A DNA stretch of 64,000 nucleotides from NCBI GenBank assembly GCA_030704615.1, contig CM060732.1, positions 21,948,001-22,012,000 of the forward strand, read 5' to 3'. Source of the DNA: Takakia lepidozioides (Eukaryota; Plantae; Bryophyta). A model generated the notes under the pieces. That model saw only the letters and a list, made by a program, of their open reading frames with translations, ran no database searches and was not told the origin of the DNA. Below, in pieces: positions 1 through 13,083 of this stretch. Each line of letters opens with the position of its first letter. Positions within the stretch are counted from its first letter, which is position 1. The position numbers and the translations under genes are program-made.

Positions 1-272
1 CCCTGTTTAACAACTTTGAAAGTCTCGAGGCTGAGCCAAAAGCCCAGGCCCTCCTGAGGCCTAGTTTTTGGGCAAATCACACAGCAGATTGATGCTTGTG
101 TGAAGGGATTTCTAGAGGATATCTGGAAAACCCGGATTAATTCTATATATGGAGGTAAGTCTTACTACCAACGTCAGCCCCTGACAGAGGTAGGTTCTGT
201 CCCTTTTGTTCCAGCTCAAACTGGGCGCGGGGTCAATGGCCACAAGGCTACGGCAAACATTTTATGAGTACA
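1..272 (+). mobile_element. 3' end of a LINE family, cut by the window edge; same family as 18884-19316 and the short tails at 8125 and 18844
   Basis: Colinear with the reverse complement of ~18884-19140. Ends in the family tail ...GGCCACAAGGCTACGGCAAACA...ATGAGTACA. Confidence 0.75.
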
Positions 273-528
273 ATCTATTGCATTAACACGGCTCAAATGT
301 AGAAATGGTGTGTTCCCAGTAATGGCACTAACACATCTTCCTACTTGTAAGTGTGAGAGCCAAGGATAATAATGGATCTCTTGTACTGTAGATCTGAAAG
401 CATGAAAGCATCAGAGTACTTGTGCCTAGCAATGAATTTTTGGCCAGCTTATTGCAGTCGCACAGAACAATTACCATTGTTCTTTAAATCGGTATGCATG
501 GCATAGAAATAGATGGACAAGCTGTTCT

Positions 529-2763
529 CATTCCCACATTTGTAAACAAAGCTGCAAGGAATCCCCACCAGTTCTTGTTTTTCACATCAATCTCCCCTCT
601 TTCTCTGAGTATGCACAGTCTTTGTACCATTCCCCAACCCAAACTCCTTCTCCTATAACCTCTAAACCCCTTCACTTCTCTCTCTTTACTACAGCCAATG
701 TCAGTAAGGCAATCAAGAAGCTGCAAAATGGCAGAGCGGTGGACATTTCAGGACACGGTGGACACTTCAGAGTGAATTCATCAAGCATGCTGCACCTACT
801 TTAGCCCCTTTTATAGCTAACCTCTTCAATGAGGCGGTGCAACGGGGCTTTCCAACAGAGTGGACAAAGAGCATCATCCACCCACTTTTTAAGAGCGGTG
901 ACAGGCTCGCACCGACAAACTATCGTACTATCATGGTGTCCTCATTACTTGCTAAACTGTTTGGGGCAGTAGTGGCCATGGAACTGGATGATTGGGCTGA
1001 GTACTCTCGCATTCGTGCTGAGGGACAGGCTGGTTTCCGTCGAAACCAATCCACTATTGACCACATCTTCACTCTTCAAGTTATGGTGGAAAGTGCACGC
1101 TATGACAAAAGAATGGTCTATGTTTGCTTCGTGGACTTTCACAAAGCCTTTGATTCAGTTCCTCGGGACCTTCTCTTCCAACGGCTCCATAGAGTGGAAG
1201 TCCCTCCAGACATCCTTTGTGCCATCTCTTCTATGTATGAGATTGTCACTGGCATGGTCAACGTCGCTGGTGAATTCTCAGCCGAGATCCATAGCAACAT
1301 TGGAGTCAAACAGGGCTGCCCCCTTTCACCTACCCTGTTCGGGATCTACATTGACGCCTTGGAGAATTACATATCAAGAAACCATGGGGTTGGGGTCCCA
1401 TTGGATGGGGGACCAACCCAATCAGATCTCCTCTATGCTGATGATGTTGCCCTTTTGGCACAATCCCCGGTCTTTCTGCAACGCCATCTCAAAATTTTGG
1501 AACAGTTCTGCAAAGACTATGGGATGCAGGTCAATCTTAGCAAGACCAAGATCATGGTCTTCAATGGCCAGGCTGATCGTAGATTCATCTTCAACCAGCA
1601 GGAAATTGAGATTGTGAAATCATATCGGTATCTAGGTCTGGTTATCCACTCCCCCAAGTTTCACTTTGCAGCCACTGCCTTGGACAGGTTGACTAAAGGT
1701 AAGGCGGCCTCCGTCCGCCTTCAGGCCAAATGCAAGCAAATACATCTGCGGCATCCCCCGACCAAAAAGTGGCTGTTTGACACCGTCGTCAGCCCTGCTA
1801 CCATCTATGGTTGTGAGTTCTGGGCACTTGGTGTCCCTGTCTCCTGGTGGGAAAAGAATTTGGAACCATTACAGTCATCTTTTCTCCAAGCAATGCTTGG
1901 CGCCAGGAGCACAACTCCATCTCAGATCCTAGGTGCAGAGTTCGCATGTGTACCATTGCAATCCAAGGCCCTCTTCAGGCTTACAATCTTTCTCCATAGA
2001 TTGCAGGCCCTTCCACCCAAAGGGCTAGTGGCAAGGGCCCTCACAACATCTATGAGGCTCAAAGCTGCAGGTTTCAGGAACTCCTGGTATGCTCGAGTGG
2101 ACAGTTTATTTCAACGTAACGGACTTTCTACTGCTTTCCTATTACCAATGAACCCAGATGAGGTGGACATCACATCCAGACATGACCGCAACAGACGCAT
2201 TCGGAGAGAGCTTATGGAATTACATGTCAAGAGAACTTGGATGCTACCCAATCTCACGACAAAGCTCCACTTCTATCGAGAGACATTCTTGGTGCTCCGC
2301 GATGATAGAATCTTGAGACCAAATTACCTTTCAGCACCCTTATCTCCTTCCCTCTTGAGGGCATTGGGGCGGTTCAGGGTGGGTTCCCACAACCTACGGA
2401 TAGAGACTGGCAGATGGGAAAACCTGCAACGGGAGGACCGCCTATGTCCAGCTTGCATAGGGCGCAGCAAGGAAATTGAAACTGAAGAACACTTCTTCTT
2501 CTACTGCCCTCTATACTACGAGATCCGTGGGAGATTTCACTGTTTATTCAGTGGAACCCAAACTCTCACTGATGTCTTTCACTATGAGGATCAAAAATGC
2601 GTGGCAGCCTACCTACACTAGGCCTTCACCCTTAGACAATCGCTAGAACATTAATTGTGGTTTCTGGATTTGTTCCTCTCTCATGTTTTCTTCCATTTTG
2701 TCCCATAAGCTCTACGAGCTTTCCGCGGACGTTATAAAGCACCATTTCATTTCATTTCATTTC
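529..2763 (+). mobile_element. 5'-truncated LINE (RTE/RTEX/L2-like) with reverse transcriptase ORF 837-2621
   Basis: RT motifs NYRTI, QAGFR, FVDFHKAFDSV, GVKQGCPLSPTLF, LLYADD and YRYLG. C-terminal CxxC...HFFFYCPLY knuckle. (CATTT)n tail at 2743-2763. Frameshift near 750-775 and a premature TAG at 2619, 11 codons before the likely end. Possible TSD CTGTTCT at 522 and 2763. Confidence 0.92.
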
Positions 2764-3354
2764 TGTTCTTCTTCCCCATCTAAGTCATTCGTGTCCAACA
2801 TGGTCCAACCAATTGTCAACCATTCCTTCCACTTATAGTAGATCTCAGTAAGTGGTCTCTACAGATCTGTGGATACCACAGATTGATGGTAGTGGAAATG
2901 ATATCTTGGTGCTGGTAGGATAAATTATCTTGTGCATGCTTAATCAGGTTGAAATCAGAGATCTCATCTGCAATGTCTTTCGCAATCCCGCAACAAAACA
3001 ATGATAGGTTGAGGCCACTGCAGGGCCTCAGTAACCAGACCCCACTAGGTCTATAAGCAGGCAGAGTCAGGATTTCCATGTCCGGTTCTAATTCACTAGG
3101 CTTCGAGTCCGTCCCCTTTCCTTTCAAAAAAGAAGAAAAAGAATTCTGGATGACGTTATGGCCTCCCAACATGTGAGTAGGCACGGATGGGGTCTACTTA
3201 CCCAACCGCGGGCACAAAATTCTTTGCCAAAGACAAATGTAGACGAAGTTGTCTGGACGGAAGCAGAAGGCAGAGGACGGAGGTGAAGGAAGCACTGTTT
3301 GTTTGTGTAGTCTTCTGGCTACTCACCTGTGTGCAGTCTCTCACAGGCGCAGGG

Positions 3355-6300
3355 ATGGCAGTGCGATCCGCAGCTATGTTGCGCCGGGAGGTGGAGGCCA
3401 TACACAAGGCCTTGTGTTGTCCTTGTGGTGAACCGGCGGAAGTCCTCACAGCATGCAGAAAACTAAGCGGCCAGGCTGTGGAGCGGAAATGGGAATCCAT
3501 TTTGGCAATGCTGGATCAGAGGTCCTTGAAAGTCATGCCCATGACGCCTCCCCATGCTGCAGGGAAACTGGAGAAAGGTAACTCTGGTATATATATAGGT
3601 TTTTGGGTGAAGCCAAGGAGCATCCAGACTGCACATTGCCGCTGGCCCAACCCAGCAGCAATCACACTCACTTAATTGAAGAAGTTTATTTTGTGGTCAC
3701 ACATGTGCTTCATATTGCTGTGGTCACTCTGGAGCAGTGCATAGCTACCACTGCCAGCCACACTGAGTGATGGATACAGGTCAGAAATAGAGATGTACCT
3801 TGCCATTGACTGTTCTCTGCGAAATATCATGGCGATGATGTACTCCTGAGGGGATAGTTCCCGTGCTTTACCAGCCTTCTCGAAGCCATCTGAAATTTCT
3901 ACCCAGTGTAGGTTGGAGAGCTTAGCGAAAAGACTTCTCATCGCGTACAACCAACAAGAAAGTGGAAACGGGGAATTGACTGTCGATGTGAGGCCTCGTA
4001 TAGAAATCATTTTTTTGCAAATTCAATCACTGTTGCTCTAGCCCCCAATCGGACATAGATGTGAGGCATGTGGACGTAACTGCACTGCCAGGCAAACTTT
4101 GCTTGAGAAAGGGCAGAGAATTAGTTTTATAGAAAGCTACTCTAGCATTCCTCATGAATACTCAAGAAATATGGAGCTTCTAAAGATCGATGTCTTGATT
4201 GGTGCTTGCATACAGGCCAAGCAAGAAGCATAGAACGGTGGTGGCATGAGTTCATGGCAGATCCTCCACAGTGGTTGGGAAGAACCTCTTATAAGGTGAG
4301 GCTATCTGTACTGTTACTAGTTAGTTTTGTATCCTAAGTTAGAAAATGAGTTGATGTGTTTGTTTCTGGGTGAGCTGGTATAATGTAGTTCTCTGGAGTG
4401 GACCATGATAACGGCAGCATTGAAGTTGGTTTTTTCAAAGTTGTCGCTTGGTGTTTGAAGGCAGTTGTAGCCTGGTCTATAGGCTGTGGTTATACCAATA
4501 GCTCCTCAGCTGCAAGGTAGTGGTTTTCACAGATTAGTCCAAGATCACCAAACTTGAGACATAAGCATACAGTGGAGGCCTTTTGGATGGAAAATTGGCT
4601 GGACCCTCCTTGGGTAAAAGCAGAGCTAACTGCAATTAATCAAGTTTCAGCACAGTCGGATGGTGGATGGATATCAGAATATGCCTATAATTCTGGTTTG
4701 AACATTGTAGCTCCATCGAAGTTTCAAGACGGGAGTGCACATTCTGGTGGGATGGCAGATTATAGTGGAAAGACAGTGTGTGTTCGAACACAGGCTGTGG
4801 AGAAACGTGAGTGGTACCCACAATTAGCTTTACGGTCAAGTTCTCATGTTATGGCAATTGGAAGCTGGCAAAGTTCTCATCTATTGCAGTTCTTGCACAC
4901 AGGTCAAATGGTGAGCATACAACAGCTTTGGCAAGACTTCTTCGCAGATCCTTCACAGGGGTGGGACAACAGGTCTGCTAAGGTCAGGTTAGATTCATTG
5001 TAATTGGCTTGTCAAGGAGGACTTGTGGCTGAAGCTGTCATGTTGTGCTCTCGATTGCATCTCCAGTTGCTTAGAAAATATATTGTTCTTTGTCTCTGGG
5101 ACGTGACAGTAGGTTGCTCAAGGTTGTTTCCTGCTGGTTGGAAGATGCTTGGTGGTTGTAGTGCAGTCTGTGCAAGTCTAGGGTTGAAGCCTCTCACTTT
5201 TGGCTTCTACAGAAAAGCCCAAGATCACCAGACTTTAGACAAATGCACAAAGGAGGTCCTCTGGAGTGAGAGTTGGTCAAATCCTCCTTGGGAGAAAGCA
5301 GAGCTTGCCGCCCTGATACAAAGTACAGCACAATCTGTTGATGTACACAATGGAGCTCCTGGGCAAAAAGATAGCGGGTATTGTTCAAGGCGGCCAACTC
5401 AAACAGATAGAATGGGTACTGTCGGTTCTCTAAGTGTATGACTTCTGTAGTTTGTTTATTAATATGTACCAAGGCACTTGTGCTCATGTCAGATGTTTTC
5501 TGCAGTATCCAGGAACTTTTGGATACATACTGGGGTCCTAGTGCAAAGATCCTAACAATAGTCATGCAGCACGGCAGGGTTGAACCAGGGAGAAATGTTT
5601 TTTCGACATCAGACTGGCAGCACCTCCTCAATCACCACTGCTTCTGAACTGGAATCAAGAGAGGGTCTCACAGTGAAATCTACGGGCACTTGTCAGGATG
5701 TGAGGACACTTTGTAAGGCAGGACAAATAAAAGAGGCACTGCACGTATTGAACCAGCGAGGTCTTCAGGCAGACTACAGCACTTATGTCTGTCTCTTGAA
5801 GGAATGTATTAACATGAAAGGCCTAGCAGAGGGAAAGAAGGTGCATGCCCACATAATGGAAAGTGGGTTCAAGCCAACCACGTTTCTCCTCAACACTCTT
5901 GTCAACATGTATGCCAAGTGCGGGAGCGTAATGGATGCACGCCAAGTGTTTGACCGAATGCCAGTACGAGATAAGTTTACTTGGAATATGATGATTGCAG
6001 GATATGCCAAGCATGGGAGTGGCAGGGAGGCTTTGGAGATCTATGAGCAAATGCAGCGGGAAGGGGGAATGCCTGACAGGGTCACATTCACTTCTACTCT
6101 CAATGTGTGTGCTAGCATAGGAGCCCTGCAAAAGGGGAAAGACATCCATGCCGACATCATTAAGGCTGGACTTCCGCCAGATATCATTCTGGAAACTGCC
6201 CTTGCTGACATGTATGCCAAATGTGGTCGTGTAAATGAAGCACGTCAAGTGTTCGACAATATGGTTCAACAAGATGTGGTAGCGTGGAATGCCATGATTG

Positions 6301-8108
6301 CAGGATATGCTCAGCATGGGTGTGGTAGGGAGGCTGTCAAGATCTACGAGAAAATGCAACACCAAGGGGTGATGCCCAACAGGGTGACATTCATTTGCAT
6401 TCTCAATGCATGTGCCACCATAGGAGCCCTTGCCAAGGGCATAGAGGTCCATGCTGACATTGTCAAAGCGGGAATTGTGTCATGTATTAAGTTGGAGAAT
6501 ACCCTTGTTGACATGTACGCCAAATGTGGGAGCATGAAGGGTGCGCATCAAGTTTTTGACAACATGGCTCAACGAGATGTGATCTCATGGAACACGATGG
6601 TTGCAGGATATGCCCAGCATGGGTGTGGTAGGAAGGCTTTGGATACCTATGAGCAAATGCAGAATGACGGTGTGCTGCCCGACAAGGTGACATTCGTTTG
6701 CATTCTCAATGCTTGTGCCAACATTGGAGCCCTAGAAAAGGGCAAAGAGGTCCATGCTTACATAAGCAAAAATGGAATTGTGCCAGACATCAACCTGGAG
6801 AATGCCCTTGTCGATATGTATGCCAAATGTGGAAGCATAGAGGATGCCCGTCAAGTGTTCGACAATATAGCTCAACGAGATGTGGTCTCATGGAATGCGA
6901 TGATCACAGGATATGCTCGGCATGGGTGTGGCAAGGAAGCTGTCCAGATTTATGGACAAATGGTAAGGGAAGGGGTGACACCTGACAGGGTTACATTCAT
7001 TTGCGTTCTCAATGCATGTGCCAGTGTGGGAGCCCTGGACAAGGCCAAAGCGGTTCATGCTGACATCAGCAGAAGTGGAATTGCCCCAGATATCATTCTA
7101 GAGACTGCCCTTGCTGATATGTATGCCAAATGCGGAAGCGTAGAGGATGCACGGCAAGTGTTTGACAAAATGGCTCAACGGAATGTGGTCTCATGGAACG
7201 CGATCATTGCAGGATATAGTCAGCATGGGTCTGGTAGGGAGGCCCTGAAACTGTTTGAGCAAATGAATCAGGAAGGCTTGGAGCCAGATGGTATCAGCTT
7301 TATATCTGTTCTATTTGCATGTAGCCATGCAGGCCTAGAGGATGAAGGCTGCCACTACTTCGATTCCATGATCGAGGACCATGGCCTCACACCCACAGTA
7401 GAGCACTTTGGCTGCATGGTGGACCTGCTTGGCCGGGCAGGGCGACTGGATGAGGCAGAAGACCTCATTAACAAGATGCCATTTGTAGCAGGTGCTCCGG
7501 CGTGGGGAGCGTTGCTGGCCGCCTGCAGAACTCATGGCAATATGGAGGTAGCAGAACGTGCGGCAAAATCCCTCCTCAAATGGGAGCCACAGGATGCTGG
7601 GGCTTACGTCTTGCTATCAAATATTTATGCTGCAGCTGGCAGGTGGGACGATACAGCAAAGGTGAGACAAATGATGGAGGACAGAGGTGTGAGGAAGGAG
7701 CCAGGGCGCAGCTGCATTGAGGTTGACAGCCATGTGCATACATTCATCGTAGAAGATAACCTGCATCCACAAATTGGGGAAATCCATACTGAGCTCAAGA
7801 GATTGTCTGGGCTGATGAAGGAGGCCGGGTATGTGCCTGACACACGCTTTGTATTGCATGATGTGGAGGAGGAGCAGAAGGAATTCTCTCTGTGCCACCA
7901 TAGTGAAAAGCTGGCCATTGCTTTTGGGTTCATCAGCACTCCCGATGGGACGCCCATCCACATCATCAAGAACCTTCGGGTGTGTGGTGACTGCCACACT
8001 GCTACCAAGTTCATTTCAAAGATTGTTGAGCGGCGAATTGTTATACGGGATGCCAATCGCTTTCACCACTTCCAAGATGGGGCTTGTTCTTGTGGAGATT
8101 ACTGGTAA
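3355..8108 (+). CDS. PDF(x2)-PLS-PPR-E-DYW protein (gene 1), organellar C-to-U editing factor type. Proposed exons: 3355-3577, 4216-4295, 4533-4982 (possible in-frame intron 4696-4902), 5232 (or 5213)-5377, 5570-8108
   Basis: 5580-8108 encodes 17 P/L/S motifs, E1/E2, a PG box, HSEKLA, CGDCH and terminal CSCGDYW. Upstream exons have GT-AG borders with compatible phases and match gene 2 in length (223 and 80 nt). The DYW ORF is certain; the 5' model is inferred and has a 2-nt lesion near 5241. Confidence 0.85.
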
Positions 8109-8124
8109 CCAAGCAGAGAGAAGA

Positions 8125-8160
8125 TGTACTCATAAGATGTTGTTTGCTGTAGCCTTGTGG
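8125..8160 (-). mobile_element. ~36-bp LINE tail remnant just after the gene 1 stop codon
   Basis: TGTACTCATAAGATGTTGTTTGCTGTAGCCTTGTGG is nearly identical to 18885-18920 and to the reverse complement of ~238-272. Confidence 0.7.
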
Positions 8161-8201
8161 GCCTTTTTCTGCCAAAAACCGCCAGATTTTGACCTAGAAA
8201 A

Positions 8202-11200
8202 TGTTGGAATTCGACAGAGAATAGAGGTAAAAGATGAACTGATTATTGAGAACCCTCCACCCAAGAATAGGACCACAACAAGCTGTGTCCACCCTCCGAG
8301 CTCTCCCTATTTATACTCAAAGTCTAATCCAGAAATAGCTGAGATAACTATAGCATAACTCCATGCTTTTACTTGAGTTATCTCCACCTGTACAATGACT
8401 TGAGTCACTAATAACTGAAGCTAACTTTAGCTATCTTTTAGATAACCTAGGCTTATCTCTATTGTTAACTGTGACTTGTCAGCATTCCTATTATGGAAGC
8501 ATGACTTGTCATCACAGTAACTCTAGGTAGTAGTAACTTGGTCAGGAGTTGATTTCCAACACCCCCACTCAACGAGTTACCAAGTTAAGCACATGACTAC
8601 TCCCATTAAGCTTCGAAAGCGTTCAAGCTTTTCAACACTAAGCCTTTTTGTTAGTATGTCTGCAACCATGTTGTTGGTATTGCAATATACAAGCTTGACA
8701 ACTCCAGCTTCAGTCTTCTCTTGTATCAAATGATGATGAATCTCAATATGTTTTGTGCGAGCATGAAACATTGGATTCTTTGAGAGAGCAATACACCCTT
8801 GGTTGTCATCATATATGACCATGGTATCTCTCTGTGGACAACCAATACTAGATAGGAATAATGATAACCATAATGCTTGCCTTGTAGTTTGAGATGTAGC
8901 CATATATTCTGCCTCAGTCGAGGACATAACAATTGTAGATTGGTTCTTGTTGCTCCATTCGTTAGTATAAAAACATAGCCAGATGTAGAGTGGCGATCAT
9001 CAACATTACCAGCTCAATCTGCATCACAATAGCCATATAGCTCTGTGCTTTTGCAAGCATTATGTGAGATACCATATGAACCCACTTGATCCAACTGAAC
9101 ATTATCATTGTTCTTTCTCAAGCACAAATCATAATCCAGTGTGCCTCTCAAATAACAGAAAATCCGCTTTACTGCAACCCAATGGAGTTGCCCAGGGTTA
9201 GCCACATATTGGCTGACAACCCCCACTGCTTGTGCAATATCTGGCCTAGTACAAACCATTGCATACATGAGACTTCCCACTACACTCTGATAGGGAACAT
9301 CTCTCATTGTCTCCAAGTCTGTAGCACTCTTAGGACTCATCTCCTTTGAGAGTTTGTAATTTGGGACAAACATGGTATTTACCGGCATACTTTCAATCAT
9401 ACCAAAGCGCCTTAAGATGTCTTCAAGATACTTACGCTGGTTCAGGTAAATCGCTCGGTCTTGTCGAATACGAGTTACCGATATCCCCAAGCAGTACTGG
9501 ATCTCTTTCAGATCCACCATCTCAAATTTCATTGAGACATCGTTTTTTGTCTTTTTCAACAAAGCCTGATCAACACATGATCACAGAATCTCTTTCAGAT
9601 CCACCATCTCAAACCTCTTTGAGATATCACTTTGTCTTTTCAACAAAGACTGATCATTAACACATGATCACATGTTTCCTTTCAGATCCACCATCTCAAA
9701 CTTCATTGAGATATCGCTTTGTCTTTTTCAACAAAGCCTGATCAACACATGATCACAAGATCTCTTTCAGATCCACCATCTCAAACCTCTTTGAGATATC
9801 ACTTTGTCTTTTCAACAAAGACTGATCATTAACACATGATCACAAGATCTCTTTCAGATCCACCATCTCAAACCTCTTTGAGATATCACTTCGTCTTTTC
9901 AACAAAGACTGATCATTAACACATGATCACATGATCTCTTTCAGATCCACCATCTCAAACCTCTTTGAGATATCACTTTGTCTTTGTTTCAATAAAGTCA
10001 ATTTGTCACAACCACTATCTCAATCTCATTTGAGATATTGACACTCTGTATGTGTTTCAACAGAGTCAAGTCATTAGAGACCAAAATCAGATCATCAACG
10101 TACAGTGTTATGATCACAAAAGAGTTTCCATGAGTCCTCTTATAGTAAACACTATAATCAGCAGAGCTCATCTCAAACTCTTCAGCCATGAAATATGCAT
10201 CAATCTTAGCATTCCATGCCCTAGGGGATTGCTTCAAACCATACAAGGACTTGAGGAGTTTACACACCATCCTTTCCTTCCCTTTTACAGCAAATCCCTC
10301 CGGCTGGTCCATGTATATTTCTTCCATAAGATCTCCATTGAGAAAGGCTGTACATATATCCATCTGCTGTACCTCAAGATTTTCAACAGCAGCAAACGCT
10401 AGAATCACTCGAATTGACTCCATCCGTGCAACAGGGGAGAAGGTTTCATTGTAATCAATACCTTCAATTTGCGAAAAACCCCTTTGCAACCAAACGCGCT
10501 TTGTACCTTGCTACAGAACCATCTACATTGTACTTAATCTTGGAAATCCATTTGCAGCAAACAGACTACCGTCCAGATGGAAGTTGAACAAGACTCCAAG
10601 TCTTATTATCCTGAAGAGACTTAAACTCAGAGCCATAGTTTTCTTCCAGTGTGAAGAATTCCCACTCCTCATTGCATCTGACACATTTTGAGGTTTATCA
10701 CTGTCAACGAAATATGCAGAAGATACCTTTGAGGGTTTTTCAATCATAGTAGATTGTACCTCCTCCATTTGAACCTCAACTATCTCTTCAACAATCTTCT
10801 CTTCCATTTTATCTTATGTGTTAGAGCCAAGTTTTTTTTTTCATGGTCCAAACTTGGAACTACTATTTCCTGATGAAAGTTCCTGGACTCATTGAATATC
10901 ACATCACGACTGATGATCACATACTTGCTCTCAGGGTTATACAACTTATACCCTTTGGTTTATTCACAATAACTAATGAAGATACAATTGATTGCTTTTG
11001 CATCCAATTTCTTCCTTACTTCTTTTGGAACATGGGCAAATGCAACACACCCAAAGACGCGCAAATGATCAACTGAAGGTTTCTCACCCTTCCAAACCTC
11101 TTCAGGTGTCTTTGTAGAGATTGCCTTAGTAGGAAGTCGATTCTGGAGGTATGCTGCATCAGTTGCCACTACTTCTGCCCAGAAACGGTGGTCCAACCTC

Positions 11201-12948
11201 ATGTGGTGCAACATACACCTCACACTCTCAACAAGTGTTCGATTCTTTCTCTCTACAACTCCATTCTGTTCTGGCGTATATGGTGTGGTTGATTGTTTCA
11301 CAATACCATTCTCCCTGCAGAACTGGTTAAAGTTCTTTGAGATGTACTCACCACCACCATCACACCGAAGAGATTTGATCTTTTCTCCAGTTTGATTCTC
11401 CACCAAAGCTTTGAATGCCTTGAGCATATCAAGAACTCCAAACTTGTTTTGCATCGTGTAGAGAAATGTTTTCCTGGAAAAATCATCAATGAAGGTCAAG
11501 AAATACTTTGCACCTCCATGAGATTTAGTTGACATAGGACCGCATAGATCTGTATGAACCAGCTCAAAAACCTTATTTGTTCGAGAACCTCCATCATTTG
11601 GAAATGAATTTGCGATGGTGTTTACCGTACACATATCCGTCACAAAAACTCAAGATTCGATCTCATGTAAGATCTATGCCTTTAACCAGATTGTTAGCTG
11701 ACATGCATGCCAAACTTTGCATTGAAACATGTCCAAGTCTCTGATGCCAGAGGTCACTCTGCTTGAGCGTAGTAGTACACTCCACATGTAAAGCCTGGAC
11801 AACCCCCACTAGCTTATACAATCTTGCATCTTTCACTGCCTCAGCTATCACTTCACTGTCAAACTTCACCCAACAATGATTGGTAGAAAATTCAACCGTA
11901 AGACCTTGCTCAGTTAGCTGACTAACTGACAATAGGTTCTTTGTCAATCCAGGAACAAAGAGAACTCCTCCGATCTCCTTCGACACTCCAGATGATAATT
12001 GAAACACAACAATACATTTTCCATGGATATCAAGACTAATACTGCTCTCTCCAAGATACACCTTGTGTCCCACAGAGAGTTCTTTGAAGGTTGAGAATGC
12101 TTCCTTCTAGAACGTCATGTGCTGAGATGCCCTTGAATCAATGAACCATGTATCTCTGCAACTCATTTCTTCGCAAAAAATTGTTGCTCAAGAGTCAACC
12201 TTGCAGCTATGATCTCTCCATCTTCAGGCTGTAGTTGAACTGGTGCAACCGCTTCTCCTGATGTGATCTCCCACAGATCTTTCTCATGAAGAATGAACTC
12301 CATCTTAATCTTCCATGTATGAAAATTGTGATTATCTAACTTATCCACTCGGGTATGATCAGCAGAAGGTGCCATGATGTTAGTTTGATGTTTTGCCAAC
12401 TAAACACCCTCAAACTTTCAGATCTAACTCCAAACACTCAAGCTTTCAGATCTGACACCAAGCACTCAACTCCAAGAACTCAAGCTTTCAGATCTAAACC
12501 CAAGCACTCAAGCCTATTGGTTGTAAATCAAATACTCATCTCCTTCTATCTCTCAAACAGAACCTTGCTCTGATACCATGTTGGAATTCGACAGAGAATA
12601 GAGGTAAAATATGAACTAATTAGTGAGAACTCTCCATCCAACCATAGGACCACAACAAGCTGTGTCCACCCTCCGAGCTCTCCCTATTTATACTCAAAGT
12701 CTAATCCAGAAATAGCTGAAGATAACTATAGCATAACTCTATGCTTTTACTTAAGTTATCTCCACCTGTTATTCTAGTACAATGACTTGAGTCACTAATA
12801 ACTGAAGCTAACTTTAGTTATCTTTTAACTAACCGAGGCTTATCTCTATTGTTAACTGTGACTTGTCAGCACTCCTATTATGGAAGCCTAACTTGTCATC
12901 ACAGTAACTCTAGGTAGTAGTAACTTGGTCAGGAGTTGATTTCCAACA
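8202..12948 (-). mobile_element. Ty1/Copia LTR retrotransposon, degenerate, with a gag deletion
   Basis: LTRs at 8202-8561 and 12579-12948 (TG...CA). 5-bp TSD GAAAA on both sides. PBS TGGTATCAGAGC (tRNA-iMet) at 12567-12578 and PPT next to 8562. Domain order gag-N (KLDNHNFHTWK), protease, LWHQRLGH, integrase (VHTDLCGP, NGVVERKNRT), RT (LYVDD), RNase H (RTKHIEI). Confidence 0.97.
9500..9995. repeat. Six tandem ~85-88 bp units interrupting the Copia RT
   Basis: Unit ATCTCTTTCAGATCCACCATCTCAAA...CAACAAAGACTGATCATTAACACATGATCAC starts near 9501, 9588, 9676, 9760, 9847 and 9934. Confidence 0.9.
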
Positions 12949-13083
12949 GAAAATGGGTCGGCTACTTGTACAAAGGAATGTGGGGTAAAAATCGAAAAGT
13001 TTGCCGGAAAGCGCCAGTATCTGAACATCAAGAGCCCGATTTTGCCTATGTGGACCATTTGAAACGTGCCACTTGTTATATAT

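Noticed and set aside
3672-4010. Minus-strand 112-aa ORF in gene 1 intron 1
   Set aside because: No recognisable domain and no counterpart in the gene 2 intron.
7690-8108. U-to-C (DYW:KP) editing variant
   Set aside because: It has a PG box, HSE and a DYW terminus, which is the canonical C-to-U type. Only the PG-box Trp is replaced by Cys.
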